Shown: positions 49,815-60,184 of the stretch, piece by piece
How positions within the stretch are numbered: position 1 is the stretch's first letter
How the letters are laid out: each line of letters begins with the position of its first letter
Assembly (NCBI GenBank): GCA_965200965.1
Contig: OZ241744.1
Coordinates: 3,232,001-3,296,000, forward strand
Length of the DNA: 64,000 nucleotides
Source: an uncultured Candidatus Binatia bacterium
Lineage (GTDB): Bacteria; Desulfobacterota; Binatia; Bin18
Direction of reading: 5' to 3'
Program-made: the position numbers and the translations under genes
Notes under the pieces: generated by a model
Database searches by the model: none
The model's input: the letters and a program-made list of their open reading frames with translations, nothing else
What the model was told of the DNA's origin: nothing

Positions 49815-50507
49815 ATGAACGAAACCCTGATTATCGCCGCCGGCTGGCTGCTGTTCGCCGGTAGCCACCTGCTGCTGTCCTCGGACTGGGTCCGGCCCAA
49901 GCTGGTGGCTGGCTGGGGCGAGCGGCTCTTTCAGGGCGTCTACTCGCTGGTCGCGCTGGCCACCTTCGTGCCCCTGTGCGTGTATTATGGCCGGCATAAG
50001 CACGTCGGGCCGCAGTTGTGGATCACCCTGGAGCCGTATCTGCTGGCGCGTGACTTCAACATCGGCTGTATGCTGCTCGCCTTTGTCCTGCTGCTGGGGG
50101 GCGTGCTGGACCGCCCGCCCAGTTCCCTGCTGGCCCAGGGCACGCCCCGGGCCTACGGCCTGACCCGCATTACCCGTCACCCGGTTCTTGCCGCGGCCTT
50201 CCTGTTTGGTCTGGCCCATATGGCGGTGATTGGCGCGCTGGGCGATCTCGTCTTTTTTGGCGGCTTTGTAGTGTTTGCCTGGGCTGGGGCCAGACATCAG
50301 GATCGGCGCAAGAGCAGAGACATGCCCGGCTATGCCGCGTTTCAGGCCGCGACCTCGTTTGTCCCCTTTGCCGCGATTGTGGCGAAAAAACAGCCCTTCC
50401 CTGGTCGCGAACTGCGCTGGGGCATGATTGTGCTTGCCCTGATCGTCTTCTATGTCGTGCGCTTTTATCATCCCGCGGTATTTGGCGGAGTGTTGATGAC
50501 CCTATGA
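49815..50507 (+). CDS. NnrU family membrane protein
   Basis: F..SH, YSL, RITRHP, AH....G, QDRRK, TS..PF.A. Confidence 0.85.
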   Translation: MNETLIIAAGWLLFAGSHLLLSSDWVRPKLVAGWGERLFQGVYSLVALATFVPLCVYYGRHKHVGPQLWITLEPYLLARDFNIGCMLLAFVLLLGGVLDRPPSSLLAQGTPRAYGLTRITRHPVLAAAFLFGLAHMAVIGALGDLVFFGGFVVFAWAGARHQDRRKSRDMPGYAAFQAATSFVPFAAIVAKKQPFPGRELRWGMIVLALIVFYVVRFYHPAVFGGVLMTL

Positions 50508-52714
50508 GCGGGGAAGGCTCCCACACCACCGCATCGGCCGCTCCGCTCGCTGAGCCACTGGTACTTGACCCGGCCCTCCAGCACCACTTTGGCTTTGATT
50601 CGTTCCGTCCGGGCCAGCGTGAGGTGATTGAAAGCGTACTGGCCGGTCGTTCAACGGTCGCCATTATGCCGACCGGGGGCGGCAAGTCGCTGTGCTACCA
50701 ACTCCCGGCCCTGCTCAGCCAGGGCGTCACCGTGGTCGTCTCTCCGCTGATTGCGTTGATGAAGGATCAGGTTGATCAACTCCACGCCCGAGGCATTCTG
50801 CACTCTGCGGCCCTGAACTCCAGCCTGTCACGCGCCGAGGGTGAGCGGCGGATTCAGCGGCTGCTCAGCCAGCAGTTGAAGTTGCTCTATGTTGCTCCGG
50901 AGCGCTTTGGGGTGCCGGGTTTTCTTGAGCTGCTCCAGCGCGTGCCGATCGGGCTGTTTGTGGTTGACGAGGCCCACTGCGTGAGCCAGTGGGGACACGA
51001 CTTTCGGCCCGATTATCTCCAGTTGCGGGGGGCGATCCGCGCGCTCAAGCCCCGCGCCGTGCTGGCGCTGACGGCAACCGCTACGCCCGCGGTCCGGCGC
51101 GAGATTGCCTTCCAGCTCGGCTTGGCCGACCCGTTTCTGCTGGTCAATTCCTTTGATCGTCCGAATCTGTTCCTGGGCGTGGTGCCGTGTGTCACCAAGG
51201 CCAAGCCCGAAACCCTAGTTGCTCTCCTGCGGGGCGTTGACGGCAGTTGCATTGTGTATGTCTCACGCCAACGGGACGCCGAAGCGCTGGCCGCGACCCT
51301 CAACGAAGCGCAGATTGAGGCCGTTCCCTACCACGCCGGTCTGGAGCCGTCGCTACGCCGCCAGAACCAGCAGGTCTTTATTGACGGCACCACACGAGTC
51401 ATCGTGGCCACCGTCGCCTTTGGCATGGGCATTGACAAATCCGATGTCCGGGCGGTGATTCACTATCAGCATCCCGGCTCCCTGGAGGCGTATTATCAGG
51501 AGGCCGGCCGGGCCGGCCGGGATAAGCAGCCCGCCCAGTGCATCGTGCTGTACGACAAGCGCGACAGCGGCTTGCAGCGGTTTTTTATCAACCAGCGCTA
51601 CCCAGACTCCGGCGAAGTGCGTGCCATCTATCGTCTGCTCAGCGACGCGGTCGCGCCGCGTGACATCCCGCTGCGCGCCCCTGGGCTGAGTGAGGAAAAG
51701 GTCAATGTCGCCCTGACCCTGCTCCAGGCGCAGGGCTATATCGAATGGACGGGTGCAACGGTCCGCGTCCTCGGCCAGACCGGTGCCCGGGACCTGCGGC
51801 TCGATTTTTCTCTGGTCAGGCAGCGGCACCGGGCCGATTACCGCCGGCTTGACGAGCTGATCGAGTATCTGACGACCGAGGGCTGCCGGCGAACCGTGAT
51901 CCTGCGCTACTTTGGGGAAAAAGTGACGGTCGGTCAGCAGTGCGGGAACTGTGACAGGTGCCGTGCCGAGCGGCCCACCACAGTCGGCCTGCCAGAAGAG
52001 CCGTCCGCTCCGTCCCTGCCCGACAGCCGTCCGATTATTCTGGCCGCGGTCGCCGACCTTCAGAAACGCGGTCTCGGCCGGTCCGGCTTAGCCCAGGTCT
52101 TGTCCGGCAGCAGGTCACAGCGGATGCGCCAACTCCAGCTCGACTCTTCGCCACACTACGCGGCCTTGGCCCGCTTCACCCAGGAGCAGATCATTGAGCA
52201 GATTGACGCCTGTATTCAGGCCGGGGCGCTGCGTCTGATTCCCGGCCAGTACCCGCGCGTTGTCCTGCCACCGACCCAAGCCAAAAAGGCCGCTTCGACA
52301 CCGACCGAAACGCCGGCCTCCGAGCCCTCCCCGCCTCCCCAGGCTCGTCCGGCCCTCGGCACCTCCTCCAGCCTGTCTGACTCGGTGCCGGCTGAGGTCT
52401 GCCGGGCGGTGTTAGCCCTTATACGGACGCAGGACGGCCAGTTGTCGCGCTCTGAGGTGGCCCATATTCTGCGCGGCACCACAGCGCCGGGCGCACCTCC
52501 GGCGGACAAGACCGCCGCGGTGCCGGGCTATCGCTCTTTGGCCCGACATTCCCACCAGGACCTGCTGCGCGCGGTCGATGTACTGATTGAGCAGAAGCTG
52601 CTGGTGATAGAAGCCTCCGAATATCTCCATCTGTGGCTGACCCAGCGGGGAGCGGCCAGCCTCAAAACGATCAAGGCCCCAACAGAAATTGCGCTCCGGG
52701 CGGATGGGATATAG
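50504..52714 (+). CDS. recQ: RecQ-family ATP-dependent DNA helicase
   Basis: [37 protein letters not shown]...CGNCDRC Zn motif; two RQC-like segments; no HRDC seen. Confidence 0.9.
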   Translation: MSGEGSHTTASAAPLAEPLVLDPALQHHFGFDSFRPGQREVIESVLAGRSTVAIMPTGGGKSLCYQLPALLSQGVTVVVSPLIALMKDQVDQLHARGILHSAALNSSLSRAEGERRIQRLLSQQLKLLYVAPERFGVPGFLELLQRVPIGLFVVDEAHCVSQWGHDFRPDYLQLRGAIRALKPRAVLALTATATPAVRREIAFQLGLADPFLLVNSFDRPNLFLGVVPCVTKAKPETLVALLRGVDGSCIVYVSRQRDAEALAATLNEAQIEAVPYHAGLEPSLRRQNQQVFIDGTTRVIVATVAFGMGIDKSDVRAVIHYQHPGSLEAYYQEAGRAGRDKQPAQCIVLYDKRDSGLQRFFINQRYPDSGEVRAIYRLLSDAVAPRDIPLRAPGLSEEKVNVALTLLQAQGYIEWTGATVRVLGQTGARDLRLDFSLVRQRHRADYRRLDELIEYLTTEGCRRTVILRYFGEKVTVGQQCGNCDRCRAERPTTVGLPEEPSAPSLPDSRPIILAAVADLQKRGLGRSGLAQVLSGSRSQRMRQLQLDSSPHYAALARFTQEQIIEQIDACIQAGALRLIPGQYPRVVLPPTQAKKAASTPTETPASEPSPPPQARPALGTSSSLSDSVPAEVCRAVLALIRTQDGQLSRSEVAHILRGTTAPGAPPADKTAAVPGYRSLARHSHQDLLRAVDVLIEQKLLVIEASEYLHLWLTQRGAASLKTIKAPTEIALRADGI

Positions 52715-52760
52715 TCATCGGCAGTCCTCCGCCAGCGTCTTGAGGCATGAGAGAGTACCT

Positions 52761-53807
52761 ATGGGCAGGCTTATCAGCTTGGAGGAAGCTGTAGATATAC
52801 GCCGGCAGGCCAAACAGGCAGGGCACCGGGTTGTGTTCACCAACGGCTGCTTTGACCTGCTGCACCGCGGCCATGTCGAATATCTCGGGCAGGCAAAAGC
52901 CTGCGGACAACTCCTCATGGTTGGCCTCAACAGTGACCGCTCGGTCCGTGTGCTCAAAGGTCCTGGCCGCCCTGTGTCGAACGAGCACGACCGGGCCGCG
53001 GTGCTCTCCGCTCTGGCCTGTGTCGATCATGTGCTGATTTTTGATGATCCAACCCCGGCCCGGGTTATTGCACGACTGGTGCCGGACGTGCTGGCCAAAG
53101 GGGGAGACTGGCCAGTTGAACAGATCGTGGGCCGTGAGGCGGTGGAAGCCAAGGGCGGACAGGTGGTGTCCATTGGCAGCAGTGTGCCTGGGCAGTCGTC
53201 AACCCGTCTGCTGGAGCGGATGGACGCCGAGTTGGTGATCCGACGGCTGCGGGAGAGCGCGCTGACCAAACAGGCGGTGGCCCAAGCCCTGGCCGACGAC
53301 ATTGTGACCGCTGCCCAAACCGTGGCGCGGGCCTTGCAGCGCGGCAACAAACTTCTGCTGTGCGGCAACGGCGGCAGCGCAGCCGATGCCCAGCATATCG
53401 CGGCCGAACTGGTGGGGCGGTTTGAGGTCGATCGGGAAGGCTTGGCGGCGATTGCGCTGACGACCGATTCCTCGGCCCTGACCTCCATCGCCAACGACTG
53501 CGGTTTTTCCGTGCTGTTTGCCCGCCAGCTCGCCGCCCTGGCCACGGCCGGCGATGTGTTGCTGGCGATCAGCACCAGCGGCAATTCTGCCAATATCGTG
53601 CGGGCGGTTGAGGAGGCCAAGCGCCGGGGTCTGACCACTGTCGGCCTGTTGGGCAAAGGCGGCGGGCGGCTGGCCGGGCTGGTGGACTTGGCACTGACCG
53701 TGCCGGCTTCAAACACGGCCCGCATCCAAGAGGCGCATATCACCATCGGCCATATTGTGTGTGAATGGGTCGAGCGCGCCTCCAGCGGGCAAAGTGAACG
53801 ATGGTGA
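52761..53807 (+). CDS. Fusion of heptose-1-phosphate adenylyltransferase (RfaE2/HldC) and sedoheptulose-7-phosphate isomerase (GmhA)
   Basis: N-half FTNGCFDLLHRGH, GLNSD.SV..LKG..RP, KGGD; C-half CGNGGSAADAQH, ISTSGNS, RIQEAH. One ORF. Confidence 0.92.
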   Translation: MGRLISLEEAVDIRRQAKQAGHRVVFTNGCFDLLHRGHVEYLGQAKACGQLLMVGLNSDRSVRVLKGPGRPVSNEHDRAAVLSALACVDHVLIFDDPTPARVIARLVPDVLAKGGDWPVEQIVGREAVEAKGGQVVSIGSSVPGQSSTRLLERMDAELVIRRLRESALTKQAVAQALADDIVTAAQTVARALQRGNKLLLCGNGGSAADAQHIAAELVGRFEVDREGLAAIALTTDSSALTSIANDCGFSVLFARQLAALATAGDVLLAISTSGNSANIVRAVEEAKRRGLTTVGLLGKGGGRLAGLVDLALTVPASNTARIQEAHITIGHIVCEWVERASSGQSERW

Positions 53808-53850
53808 CCACCTCATCCAGAAGAACTCATCGCTCACTCTGGTTAAACCC

Positions 53851-54813
53851 ATGTATAAGTCTGTCAAGCCGATTGACCTGGGCCGGGTGACGACCTATCC
53901 GCTGGCCGAGCGTCGCAACAAGGTCAGCGTACAGGACTTTGCCACCGTGTATGAGCCACGGGGCGGGCTGCGATCCTTTCTTGACAGCCTGCCCAAGATT
54001 CTGCTCGGGCAGGATTTCCCCGCGGTTGTTCGGGCTATTGTTGCCGCCCGTCGGGCTGACAGGCCGGTCATCTGGGGTATGGGCGCACACCTGATCAAAT
54101 GCGGCTTGAGCCCGTGGATTATCGAGCTGATGCGTCGGGGGGCTATCAGTGCCATCGCCATGAACGGAGCGGGCCCGATTCATGATGTTGAGATTGCCCT
54201 CCTCGGCGAGACCTCCGAAGATGTGGCCTCGGGTCTGGGCGACGGCAGCTTTGGCATGGCAGCCGAAACCGGTCAGTTGATAAATGACGCCCTGGACCGC
54301 GCCGAGGTGCGAGCCGGCCAGATGGGGCTCGGCGAAGCCCTGGGCCAGAAACTCGCTGCGCTGAGTCCGCCCTATATGGCCCACAGTCTGCTGACGGCTG
54401 CCTTTCGGCTCGGCGTGCCGCTGACGGTCCATGTTGCGCTGGGGACCGATATCATTCATATGCGGGACAACGCCGCCGGCGGCCTGTTAGGGCAGGCCAG
54501 CTTTACCGATTTTCGGCTGTTGAGCAGCCTGCTTGCCGGGCTGTCGGACGGTGTGTATCTGAACATCGGCTCGGCGGTGATTCTGCCCGAGGTGTTCTTG
54601 AAGGCGTTTACCATCGCCCAGAATCTGGGCGCGAATCTCAGCCGGTTTGTGACCGTTAATCTCGATATGCAGCAACACTACCGCCCGCTCCAGAACGTTG
54701 TGGGCCGGCCGGCCGGGGTCGGGGGCCGGGGCTACGCGATCACCGGTCATCACGAGTTGATGGTGCCGCTGCTGGCCGCAGCCGTACTGGAGGCGTTGGC
54801 CGAGGAGGGCTAG
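53851..54813 (+). CDS. Deoxyhypusine-synthase-like conserved protein (GSU2086-like)
   Basis: GAH.IK.G, AMNGA..IHD.E, SEDV...L..G.FGMA.ET, GTDIIHM, GSAVILPEVFLKA, GHHE.M.P. Confidence 0.75.
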   Translation: MYKSVKPIDLGRVTTYPLAERRNKVSVQDFATVYEPRGGLRSFLDSLPKILLGQDFPAVVRAIVAARRADRPVIWGMGAHLIKCGLSPWIIELMRRGAISAIAMNGAGPIHDVEIALLGETSEDVASGLGDGSFGMAAETGQLINDALDRAEVRAGQMGLGEALGQKLAALSPPYMAHSLLTAAFRLGVPLTVHVALGTDIIHMRDNAAGGLLGQASFTDFRLLSSLLAGLSDGVYLNIGSAVILPEVFLKAFTIAQNLGANLSRFVTVNLDMQQHYRPLQNVVGRPAGVGGRGYAITGHHELMVPLLAAAVLEALAEEG

Positions 54814-54962
54814 GGGCGACGGTGTGTGTCTGCCCGGTTTCCACCCAAGGAGGAGGACATCGATGGTGAAAAAAACTGGCCGCCATGAACCTGATGATCG
54901 TGGAGGGAGAAGACTGAGCGGCCACATTCTCTGCCCGCCGCGGGTAGTGTATAGTACCCGCC

Positions 54963-57041
54963 ATGAAGGCTGGAAGGTATCGGCTAGGGATAGATATTGG
55001 CGGCACATTTACCGACTTGGTCCTGCTGTCGGACGACGGCGCGGCGGCTGTCGGCAAGGTGCTGACAACTCCGCACGACCCGGCCGCGGCCGTACTCCAA
55101 GGGCTAGGCGAGCTGTTGGACCGGGCGGCTCTCAGCCCCCGGCACGTCTCGCACCTCGTCCACGGCACGACGCTCATCACCAACGCAATTATTGAGCGCA
55201 AAGGTGCCAGGACGGGTCTTATCACGACCGGGGGCTTTCGGGATGCGCTGGAGATTGGCCGCGAGCGACGCTACGATATTTACGATATTTCGCTGGAAAA
55301 CCCCCAGCCCTTAGTCCCGCGTTTTCTCCGACGCGAGGTAGCCGAACGCTTAGACCACAACGGCCAAGTGCTCATCCCGCTGGATGCAACACAAGTCCGG
55401 GCGGTGATCCAGGAGCTAGTTGATGCTGGTATTGAGGCCCTGGCCGTATGTTTCCTCCACTCGTTTCGCAATCCGGCCCATGAACAGATGGTGAAGCGGG
55501 TTGTGACCGAGCATTTTCCACACCTGAGCTGCTCGCTGTCGTCCGAGGTCATGCCGGAAATCCGGGAGTATGAACGGACCTCAACCACAGTCGCCAATGT
55601 GTATGTAAAACCCCTGGCCCGTCGCTATCTGGATAAACTGAACACCGCTCTGCGTGCCCTGGGTGTGCCGCGTGATATGTTCGTCATGCTGTCGAACGGT
55701 GGCATTACGAGCTGTGAGGTGGCCGGCGAATATCCGATCCGGCTGATCGAATCCGGTCCCGCGGCCGGCGCGCTGGCGGCCAGCTTTTACAGCGCCGAGC
55801 AGCAACTTGACCGGGTGATTTCGTTTGACATGGGCGGCACAACGGCCAAAATCTGCCTGATTGATAGGGGCCGGCCCATGCTGACAAGCGACTTTGAGGC
55901 GGCCCGGGTATACCGCTTCAAAAAGGGCAGTGGCCTGCCGCTCAAAGTGCCGGTGATTGAAATGATCGAGATCGGTGCTGGCGGGGGCAGCATTGCCCGG
56001 ATCGATAGGCTCGGGCTGCTCAAGGTCGGCCCGGACAGCGCCGGATCTCAGCCCGGGCCGGTGTGTTACGACCGGGGCGGAACCGAGCCGACCGTGACCG
56101 ACGCCGACCTGGTGCTGGGCTATCTCAGCCCGGACTATTTTCTGGGCGGCACGATGCGGCTCAACCGGGGAGCGGCCGAGCGGGCGATTGCCGACACGAT
56201 CGCAGGGCCGCTCAAGCTCGACACGCTGCGGGCGGCCTGGGGGATTCATCAGGTGGTGAACGAGAACATGGCCAACGCGGCGCGTATGCACCTAGTTGAA
56301 AAGGGCCGCGACCCCCGCGACTCGCACCTGATCGCCTTTGGCGGGGCCGGCCCGGTCCACGCCTGCCGGGTGGCCGAGCGGCTGAAGCTCACAACGGTGG
56401 TGTGCCCGCTGGCGGCCGGCGTGACCTCGGCCTTTGGGATGCTGACCGCGCCGCTGGCCTTTGATTTTGTGCAGAGCTATGTGACGACTCTGTCAGCGTT
56501 GGACCTTGCCAGCCTGGAGCGGTTGTACGCCGACCTGGAAGAGCGTGGCCGGGCACTGCTGACCGCGGCCGGGGTAGAGGGGGATATCAGCCTCAGCCGC
56601 TCCGCGGACATGCGCTATGTCCAGCAGGGGTTTGAGATTCGTGTGCCGCTGCCCCCGGTCCTGAACGCTGAGCAGTTGCCGGCCCTGCGCCGGGCCTTTG
56701 CCGAGGAGTATGAGCGGCTCTACAAGCGGCTCAACCCGGGCGTTGAGATTGAGGTGGTGAACTGGCGGCTGCTGGCCTCGGGGCCGCGGCCCCAGGTAAC
56801 GCTGCCGTCGGCGGACAGGTCGGGCCAGACCCTCGAAGCCGCCCAAAAGGGCGAGCGGCAGGTCTACTTCCCCGAGTATGAGGGCTATGCCCTATGTCCG
56901 GTCTACGACCGCTATGTGTTGCCGGCCGGCGTGCCCTTTCCCGGCCCAGCCATTGTCGAAGAGCGGGAATGCACGGTCGTCATCAGCCCCAAGGGCCAGG
57001 GGCAGGTAGACGCCCAGCAGAATCTGGTGATTCGCCTCTGA
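54963..57041 (+). CDS. Hydantoinase/oxoprolinase family, A subunit
   Basis: GIDIGGTFTD, HGTT..TN, SGPAAG, DMGGTT, IGAGGGS, TVTDA. Confidence 0.93.
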   Translation: MKAGRYRLGIDIGGTFTDLVLLSDDGAAAVGKVLTTPHDPAAAVLQGLGELLDRAALSPRHVSHLVHGTTLITNAIIERKGARTGLITTGGFRDALEIGRERRYDIYDISLENPQPLVPRFLRREVAERLDHNGQVLIPLDATQVRAVIQELVDAGIEALAVCFLHSFRNPAHEQMVKRVVTEHFPHLSCSLSSEVMPEIREYERTSTTVANVYVKPLARRYLDKLNTALRALGVPRDMFVMLSNGGITSCEVAGEYPIRLIESGPAAGALAASFYSAEQQLDRVISFDMGGTTAKICLIDRGRPMLTSDFEAARVYRFKKGSGLPLKVPVIEMIEIGAGGGSIARIDRLGLLKVGPDSAGSQPGPVCYDRGGTEPTVTDADLVLGYLSPDYFLGGTMRLNRGAAERAIADTIAGPLKLDTLRAAWGIHQVVNENMANAARMHLVEKGRDPRDSHLIAFGGAGPVHACRVAERLKLTTVVCPLAAGVTSAFGMLTAPLAFDFVQSYVTTLSALDLASLERLYADLEERGRALLTAAGVEGDISLSRSADMRYVQQGFEIRVPLPPVLNAEQLPALRRAFAEEYERLYKRLNPGVEIEVVNWRLLASGPRPQVTLPSADRSGQTLEAAQKGERQVYFPEYEGYALCPVYDRYVLPAGVPFPGPAIVEERECTVVISPKGQGQVDAQQNLVIRL

Positions 57042-57064
57042 GGCCAGGATTGCTGAAGAGTTCC

Positions 57065-57245
57065 TCATTGAGCCTGGTAAAGTGGAATGTGCTCAGTGCG
57101 CTCTTGGGAGGATTTTGCCTGTTGCGACAGACTGAACGTGTTTGAGGATTTCGGCGCTGTAGTAGCGATTGGCGCACCTATCACAGGCTCCAATCAGAAC
57201 ATCCTCCAGGATGACAAAGCTGGTTCTGTGTTTGAAAGGGGAATT
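57065..57245 (-). pseudogene. YgiT/MqsA-type zinc-finger remnant (N-terminal CxxC lost, frameshift)
   Basis: FKH...FVILEDV.IG.CDRC..RYYSAE.LK; with one base removed continues ..PERTEHIP. Confidence 0.6.
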
Positions 57246-57668
57246 ATAGCCCAAACGTGGCACGGGGCTTTTCGGCACACAATCCTGGAATCGGAATGAG
57301 GACAAAACCGTGTTCGTCGACGCTCATGGCTTGACCTCTTGCAATCGTATTCGTTCCTTAACGTTCCGGTCATGCTGCCAAAACAGCGCCTTGGCGAGCA
57401 CTTTCGGGTCCTCCGGCATAGGGTGGGGCAGAGTGCGTGCGCTTGGATTGTTTCGTGGTCTTCTCAGCCGCCATTTCCGTTCTCCTTCCCCTCTATTACA
57501 TGACTCGTGACGAGCATTTTTCCAGCGGGGCATAATTAATCATGCTTTGGTTCCCTGCTGATGTGTCTCCCATCATTGAGCCAAAAGATACGCATGTCGA
57601 TTCTCCTTATCAGAATGGTATGGCCGGCGGGGTCTTGGGTCTGGTGGTCTTCTTCGCTCGTACCATGT

Positions 57669-58007
57669 TCATTGAGGAGTGAACGTGTCGCCTTCCTCTC
57701 GATCTGATGACACGTTCACTCCTTTACTCCTGTCCTGTGTTGTCGTCCCGGTAGAGCTGTCCGCGGCCGTTTCGTTGTCCATGTAGGCACGCGCCGAGGA
57801 GAAGGATGAGACGCTGTAGGGGACGAGGAAGGTCAGCCCGATTTTGGCCAGTAAACGCGGCGAGAAGTCGAGGCTCAGCAGCACGTCATACTGGTTGATG
57901 AGGGTCAGGATCGGCCCGACGATGCCGGCGACCTTGAGTGCCCGCAGGACGGTCTCGCGGCGAAACAGGTGGTGGACAAAGCGACGCAGGGAACTGGCGT
58001 ACTGCAC
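57669..58007 (-). CDS. NrtS-family small membrane protein
   Basis: RALKVA.IVG.ILTLINQ and K..LTFLVPY.VS motifs. The C-terminal tail is derived from the hairpin repeat. Confidence 0.8.
   Translation of the reverse strand: MQYASSLRRFVHHLFRRETVLRALKVAGIVGPILTLINQYDVLLSLDFSPRLLAKIGLTFLVPYSVSSFSSARAYMDNETAADSSTGTTTQDRSKGVNVSSDREEGDTFTPQ
57675..57723 (-). repeat. Palindromic hairpin element, copy 2
   Basis: Perfect 15-bp inverted repeat AGGAGTGAACGTGTC/GACACGTTCACTCCT around a 19-nt loop (minus strand ATCAGATCGAGAGGAAGGC). Confidence 0.8.
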
Positions 58008-58260
58008 ACGAACGAGACAATCAGGCACGCAGCCATTTGTCCAGACATCGGCCCCCCAAGCGTTTGCCCGCCCGGGTGACTTCTACAGGAGGGAGAGGCA
58101 GCAATTGAGGATCACCAGCCAGACGATTCATACCAGTGCCGGGGCGGTGTGTAGGCGGAGCCGGCCCGCTCGTTGCCAGCCGCCTCGCTGCTCTATACCG
58201 CCGCTTGCCGTGGAGGTGCGGGGACCCGTTCCTGATTCAGCAGCTTCAGGCACAGGGTGT

Positions 58261-59133
58261 TCACGCCCGCTGGGCGCGTTCCACAACAGGGGCCAGGCTC
58301 TTGACCGCTTCCACCCCGCTGCCGCTGGCCGCGGCCCAGGCCAGGACGACCAGCCGACTCAGGCCGGCTTCTGCATAGGCTTGCATCGTATCGACCGTCG
58401 GCCCGTCTCCCTGGACCATGAGCAGGGTTGAGAACTCCAGGCGGTCCGGGTCGCGGCCGGCTTGTGTAGCCAGGCGTTTGATTTCAGGAATCGACGCTGC
58501 GGCCTGCTCGGGACTCAGGTTGCCCGGACACCAGCCGTCGGCGTACTGGGCCACCCGCTTGACGGCGTATTGGGGGTCGTGCGCGCCGAGCAGAATGGGC
58601 GGGTAGGGCTTCTGGACCGGCTTGGGGAAGAGTCTGACCCGCGGGAAGTTGACGAACTCACCCGCATAGCTGGTCTCGTCGGTGCTCCACAACGCACGCA
58701 GGGCCTCGATCGATTCGCGCAAATGTTTCCAGCGACGATTGAAATTGACGCCCATAATTGCGGCCTCTTCCGGGAACCAGCCGGCCCCCGCACCAAGGAT
58801 CACCCGCCCCTTGGAATACAGGTCAAGCGTGGCCACCGCCTTGGCGGTCGTGATGGTATCACGCTCCGGCAGCAGGCAGACGCCGGTTCCGAGTTTGATC
58901 GTGCTCGTCGCCTGAGCCGCGGCGGCCAGGGCAACAAACGGGTCGGCCAGATGGGCGTAGAACTCCGGGACCTTGCCGTCGGGCGAGCGGGGATAATAGG
59001 TCGTATAGGAGGCGGGAATGACCAGATGCTCGGCCACCCACAAGGACTCAAAGCCGAGCTGCTCCGCGGTCTGGGCAATAGCCCCCGGCTCGCCCGACTG
59101 TTCTGTCAGAAATACCGAAACCCCGATTTTCAT
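58261..59133 (-). CDS. LLM-class, probable F420-dependent oxidoreductase (Rv2161c-like)
   Basis: GFESLW..EH, DPF..L, LGTGV, GAGW..EE, PKPVQ.P.PPI. Confidence 0.88.
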   Translation of the reverse strand: MKIGVSVFLTEQSGEPGAIAQTAEQLGFESLWVAEHLVIPASYTTYYPRSPDGKVPEFYAHLADPFVALAAAAQATSTIKLGTGVCLLPERDTITTAKAVATLDLYSKGRVILGAGAGWFPEEAAIMGVNFNRRWKHLRESIEALRALWSTDETSYAGEFVNFPRVRLFPKPVQKPYPPILLGAHDPQYAVKRVAQYADGWCPGNLSPEQAAASIPEIKRLATQAGRDPDRLEFSTLLMVQGDGPTVDTMQAYAEAGLSRLVVLAWAAASGSGVEAVKSLAPVVERAQRA

Positions 59134-59231
59134 AGCGCTGTCCTCCCTGGTCAGCTGAGTCTAGCACAGGAGGCCGACAGGAAGACAGGACGCGGTTTGT
59201 GTTGGCCGCCCACCTCGGTTATAGTCTGGCC

Positions 59232-60137
59232 ATGCTGCAAGCCGGTGGAGCAACGGTTCATTTCTTGAACGCAGGCTTCTGGTATGACGACGGCGGGGCC
59301 CAGTTCGGCATTGTGCCGCGCGAGCTGTGGGCCAGAGAAAAGCCGCCCAACGACCGCAACCGGATCAGGCTGAGCCTGAGTTGCCCGCTGATCGTCTGCG
59401 GTCAGGACGTGATCCTGGTCGATACCGGCATCGGCAACCGCCTGAGCGAGCGTGAAGTCCAGGTCTACACCCCCGACCCGGCCGACAGGCTGGTCAAGGG
59501 ATTGGCTACGCTCGGCTTTGCGCCCCAGGATGTGACCCATGTGGTGATCTCGCACCTGCACTTCGATCATGTCGGCGGGCTGATTGACAAGACGCCTGAC
59601 GGTGAAGCGCGGCTGATTTTCAGCCGGGCCCAGGTTCTTATCCAGAAAGCCGAATGGGAGTTGGCCACCCAGCCGCCAGACGAACGCCTGGCCGCGGCCT
59701 ATCGCCACGCCCCGGAGTGCCTGCCCCCGCTCAAGCGCGTCGAACTCCTTGACGGCGATACACGGCTGACGCCGACGGTCCGCACCGCAGTCTCGGGCGG
59801 GCATACCGCCCCGCACCAGTGCGTGATTGTCGAGGCCGGCGGAACCGGCCTGATCCACTTGGCCGACATTGTGCCGACCACCTCGCACCTTCGGCCGGCC
59901 TGGAACGCCGCCTATGATACCGACCCGCTGACAACTCTTGCGGCCAAGAAGCGCTTTCTGGACGAAGCCCGGACCAAGAACCTGTGGGTGTCGTTCTCGC
60001 ACGATGACACGGTTGCGGCCGGCCGCCTCGCCCCCTCAAGGAGCAAAAGGCCGGAGCTGGCAGAGACCATAGCGATTGCAGCGACGGAGAGGCAGGAGAC
60101 ACAGGCGGGAGAGGTTGAGCAATGGCCACACTGCTAA
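59232..60137 (+). CDS. MBL-fold metallo-hydrolase (YtnP-like)
   Basis: DGGA.FG.VP..LW, DTGIG, SHLHFDH.GG, GHT..H, YD..P. Confidence 0.88.
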   Translation: MLQAGGATVHFLNAGFWYDDGGAQFGIVPRELWAREKPPNDRNRIRLSLSCPLIVCGQDVILVDTGIGNRLSEREVQVYTPDPADRLVKGLATLGFAPQDVTHVVISHLHFDHVGGLIDKTPDGEARLIFSRAQVLIQKAEWELATQPPDERLAAAYRHAPECLPPLKRVELLDGDTRLTPTVRTAVSGGHTAPHQCVIVEAGGTGLIHLADIVPTTSHLRPAWNAAYDTDPLTTLAAKKRFLDEARTKNLWVSFSHDDTVAAGRLAPSRSKRPELAETIAIAATERQETQAGEVEQWPHC

Positions 60138-60184
60138 AACACGAGAGAGCGAGCCACGGCCGCGCCGCCTGCTGAGCGTCTGCT

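Noticed and set aside
43923-50507. cusCBA-nnrU as a novel system
   Set aside because: Canonical Cu/Ag RND pump; absence of adjacent cusF/cusRS is common.
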